Source of the DNA: a virus
Lineage: Duplodnaviria; Heunggongvirae; Uroviricota; Caudoviricetes
Length of the DNA stretch: 16,729 bases
Virus record (IMG/VR): IMGVR_UViG_2619619126_000011
Strand: one strand, 5' to 3'
The translations under genes and the position numbers were made by a program. Shown one piece after another: positions 15,494 through 16,729 of the stretch. The notes below the pieces were generated by a model. That model was given only the letters and a program-made list of their open reading frames with translations. It ran no database searches and was not told where the DNA came from. Within the stretch, counting starts at the first letter, position 1. Every line of letters starts with the position of its first letter.

Positions 15494-16729
15494 ATGTCTA
15501 AATTACCAACAGGTGTCGAGATTAGAGGTAGATACATTCGCATCTGGTTCATGTTTCGAGGAAAACGATGTCGGGAAACATTAAAAGGCTGGGAGATTAC
15601 AAACAGTAATATTAAAAAGGCCGGAAATTTAAGATCGCTGATAGTTCATGAAATAAACTCCGGTGAATTTGAGTATTTAAGACGTTTTCCCCAGTCCAGC
15701 ACTGGGGCAAAAATGGTGACAACGAGAGTCATAAAAACGTTCGGAGAGCTTTGTGATATCTGGACAAAAATTAAAGAGACAGAGTTAACAACAAACACAA
15801 TGAAGAAAACGAAATCACAATTAAAAACACTCAGAATAATAATTTGTGAAAGTACCCCGATATCACATATTCGTTATAGCGATATCTTAAACTACCGGAA
15901 TGAACTGCTGCATGGAGAAACGCTTTACCTGGATAATCCAAGATCCAACAAAAAAGGAAGAACCGTGCGCACAGTTGATAACTATATCGCCCTGCTCTGT
16001 TCGCTGTTGCGTTTTGCGTATCAGTCGGGATTTATATCAACTAAACCATTTGAAGGAGTAAAAAAATTACAGCGAAACAGAATAAAGCCTGATCCGTTAT
16101 CTAAAACAGAATTCAATGCATTAATGGAAAGTGAAAAAGGACAGAGCCAGAACTTGTGGAAATTTGCCGTTTACTCAGGACTTCGTCACGGGGAACTGGC
16201 AGCTCTGGCGTGGGAGGATGTGGATCTCGAAAAGGGAATAGTGAATGTCAGAAGAAACCTGACGATACTTGATATGTTCGGTCCCCCAAAAACAAATGCC
16301 GGGATCCGAACAGTAACACTACTGCAGCCTGCTCTTGAAGCACTGAAGGAGCAATACAAACTGACCGGGCATCATCGCAAAAGCGAAATCACCTTTTATC
16401 ATCGGGAGTACGGCAGAACCGAAAAGCAAAAACTGCATTTTGTTTTCATGCCCAGGGTGTGTAACGGAAAACAAAAACCTTATTACTCGGTAAGCAGTTT
16501 GGGGGCAAGGTGGAATGCAGCAGTAAAACGTGCTGGTATTCGCCGCCGTAATCCGTACCATACGCGGCATACTTTTGCCTGCTGGCTGTTGACGGCAGGA
16601 GCGAACCCGGCATTTATAGCCAGCCAAATGGGGCATGAAACTGCGCAGATGGTGTATGAAATTTACGGTATGTGGATTGATGACATGAACGACGAACAGA
16701 TAGCCATGTTGAATGCGCGGTTATCGTAG
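15494..16729 (+). CDS. intR: Rac prophage tyrosine integrase IntR, 411 aa
   Basis: MSKLPTGVEIRGRYIRIWFMFRGKRCRETLKGW... with the C-terminal catalytic region (R...HTRHTFACWLLTAG...Y). The stop is the last codon of the window, so attR lies beyond it. Confidence 0.95.
   Translation: MSKLPTGVEIRGRYIRIWFMFRGKRCRETLKGWEITNSNIKKAGNLRSLIVHEINSGEFEYLRRFPQSSTGAKMVTTRVIKTFGELCDIWTKIKETELTTNTMKKTKSQLKTLRIIICESTPISHIRYSDILNYRNELLHGETLYLDNPRSNKKGRTVRTVDNYIALLCSLLRFAYQSGFISTKPFEGVKKLQRNRIKPDPLSKTEFNALMESEKGQSQNLWKFAVYSGLRHGELAALAWEDVDLEKGIVNVRRNLTILDMFGPPKTNAGIRTVTLLQPALEALKEQYKLTGHHRKSEITFYHREYGRTEKQKLHFVFMPRVCNGKQKPYYSVSSLGARWNAAVKRAGIRRRNPYHTRHTFACWLLTAGANPAFIASQMGHETAQMVYEIYGMWIDDMNDEQIAMLNARLS

Noticed and set aside
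1-16729. CRISPR arrays, tRNA or rRNA genes, and att sites
   Set aside because: No regularly spaced direct repeats, no tRNA-like cloverleaf region, and the window ends at the int stop so attR lies outside; the left prophage boundary is not identifiable here.

Overview
No tools were run; every identification is from reading the sequence and recalling protein families, with no BLAST or HMM confirmation. The window holds four blocks. (1) 1..~1331 is the right-hand ~1.33 kb of an IS186 copy (IS4 family, insL transposase on the minus strand), cut by the window edge. (2) 1354..~1700 is a hok/mok-type type I toxin locus that ends about 22 bp from the IS186 end. (3) 1839..4851 is a low-GC island: a two-gene operon of unknown function (352-aa soluble protein plus ~477-aa protein with C-terminal hydrophobic helices) convergent on a Q-antiterminator-like gene, with no lysis cassette after Q. 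The operon is my main candidate for an undescribed defence or abortive-infection module. (4) 5012..16729 is a Rac-type lambdoid prophage segment in E. coli K-12 Rac order: two HTH-containing hypotheticals, ydaV (DnaC-like), ydaU (frameshifted), ydaT, a Cro-like gene, racR, ydaG, ydaF, sieB, kilR, ydaE, racC, recE, recT, ralR, ydaC, xisR and intR, whose stop codon ends the window. No rRNA, tRNA or CRISPR array was seen.
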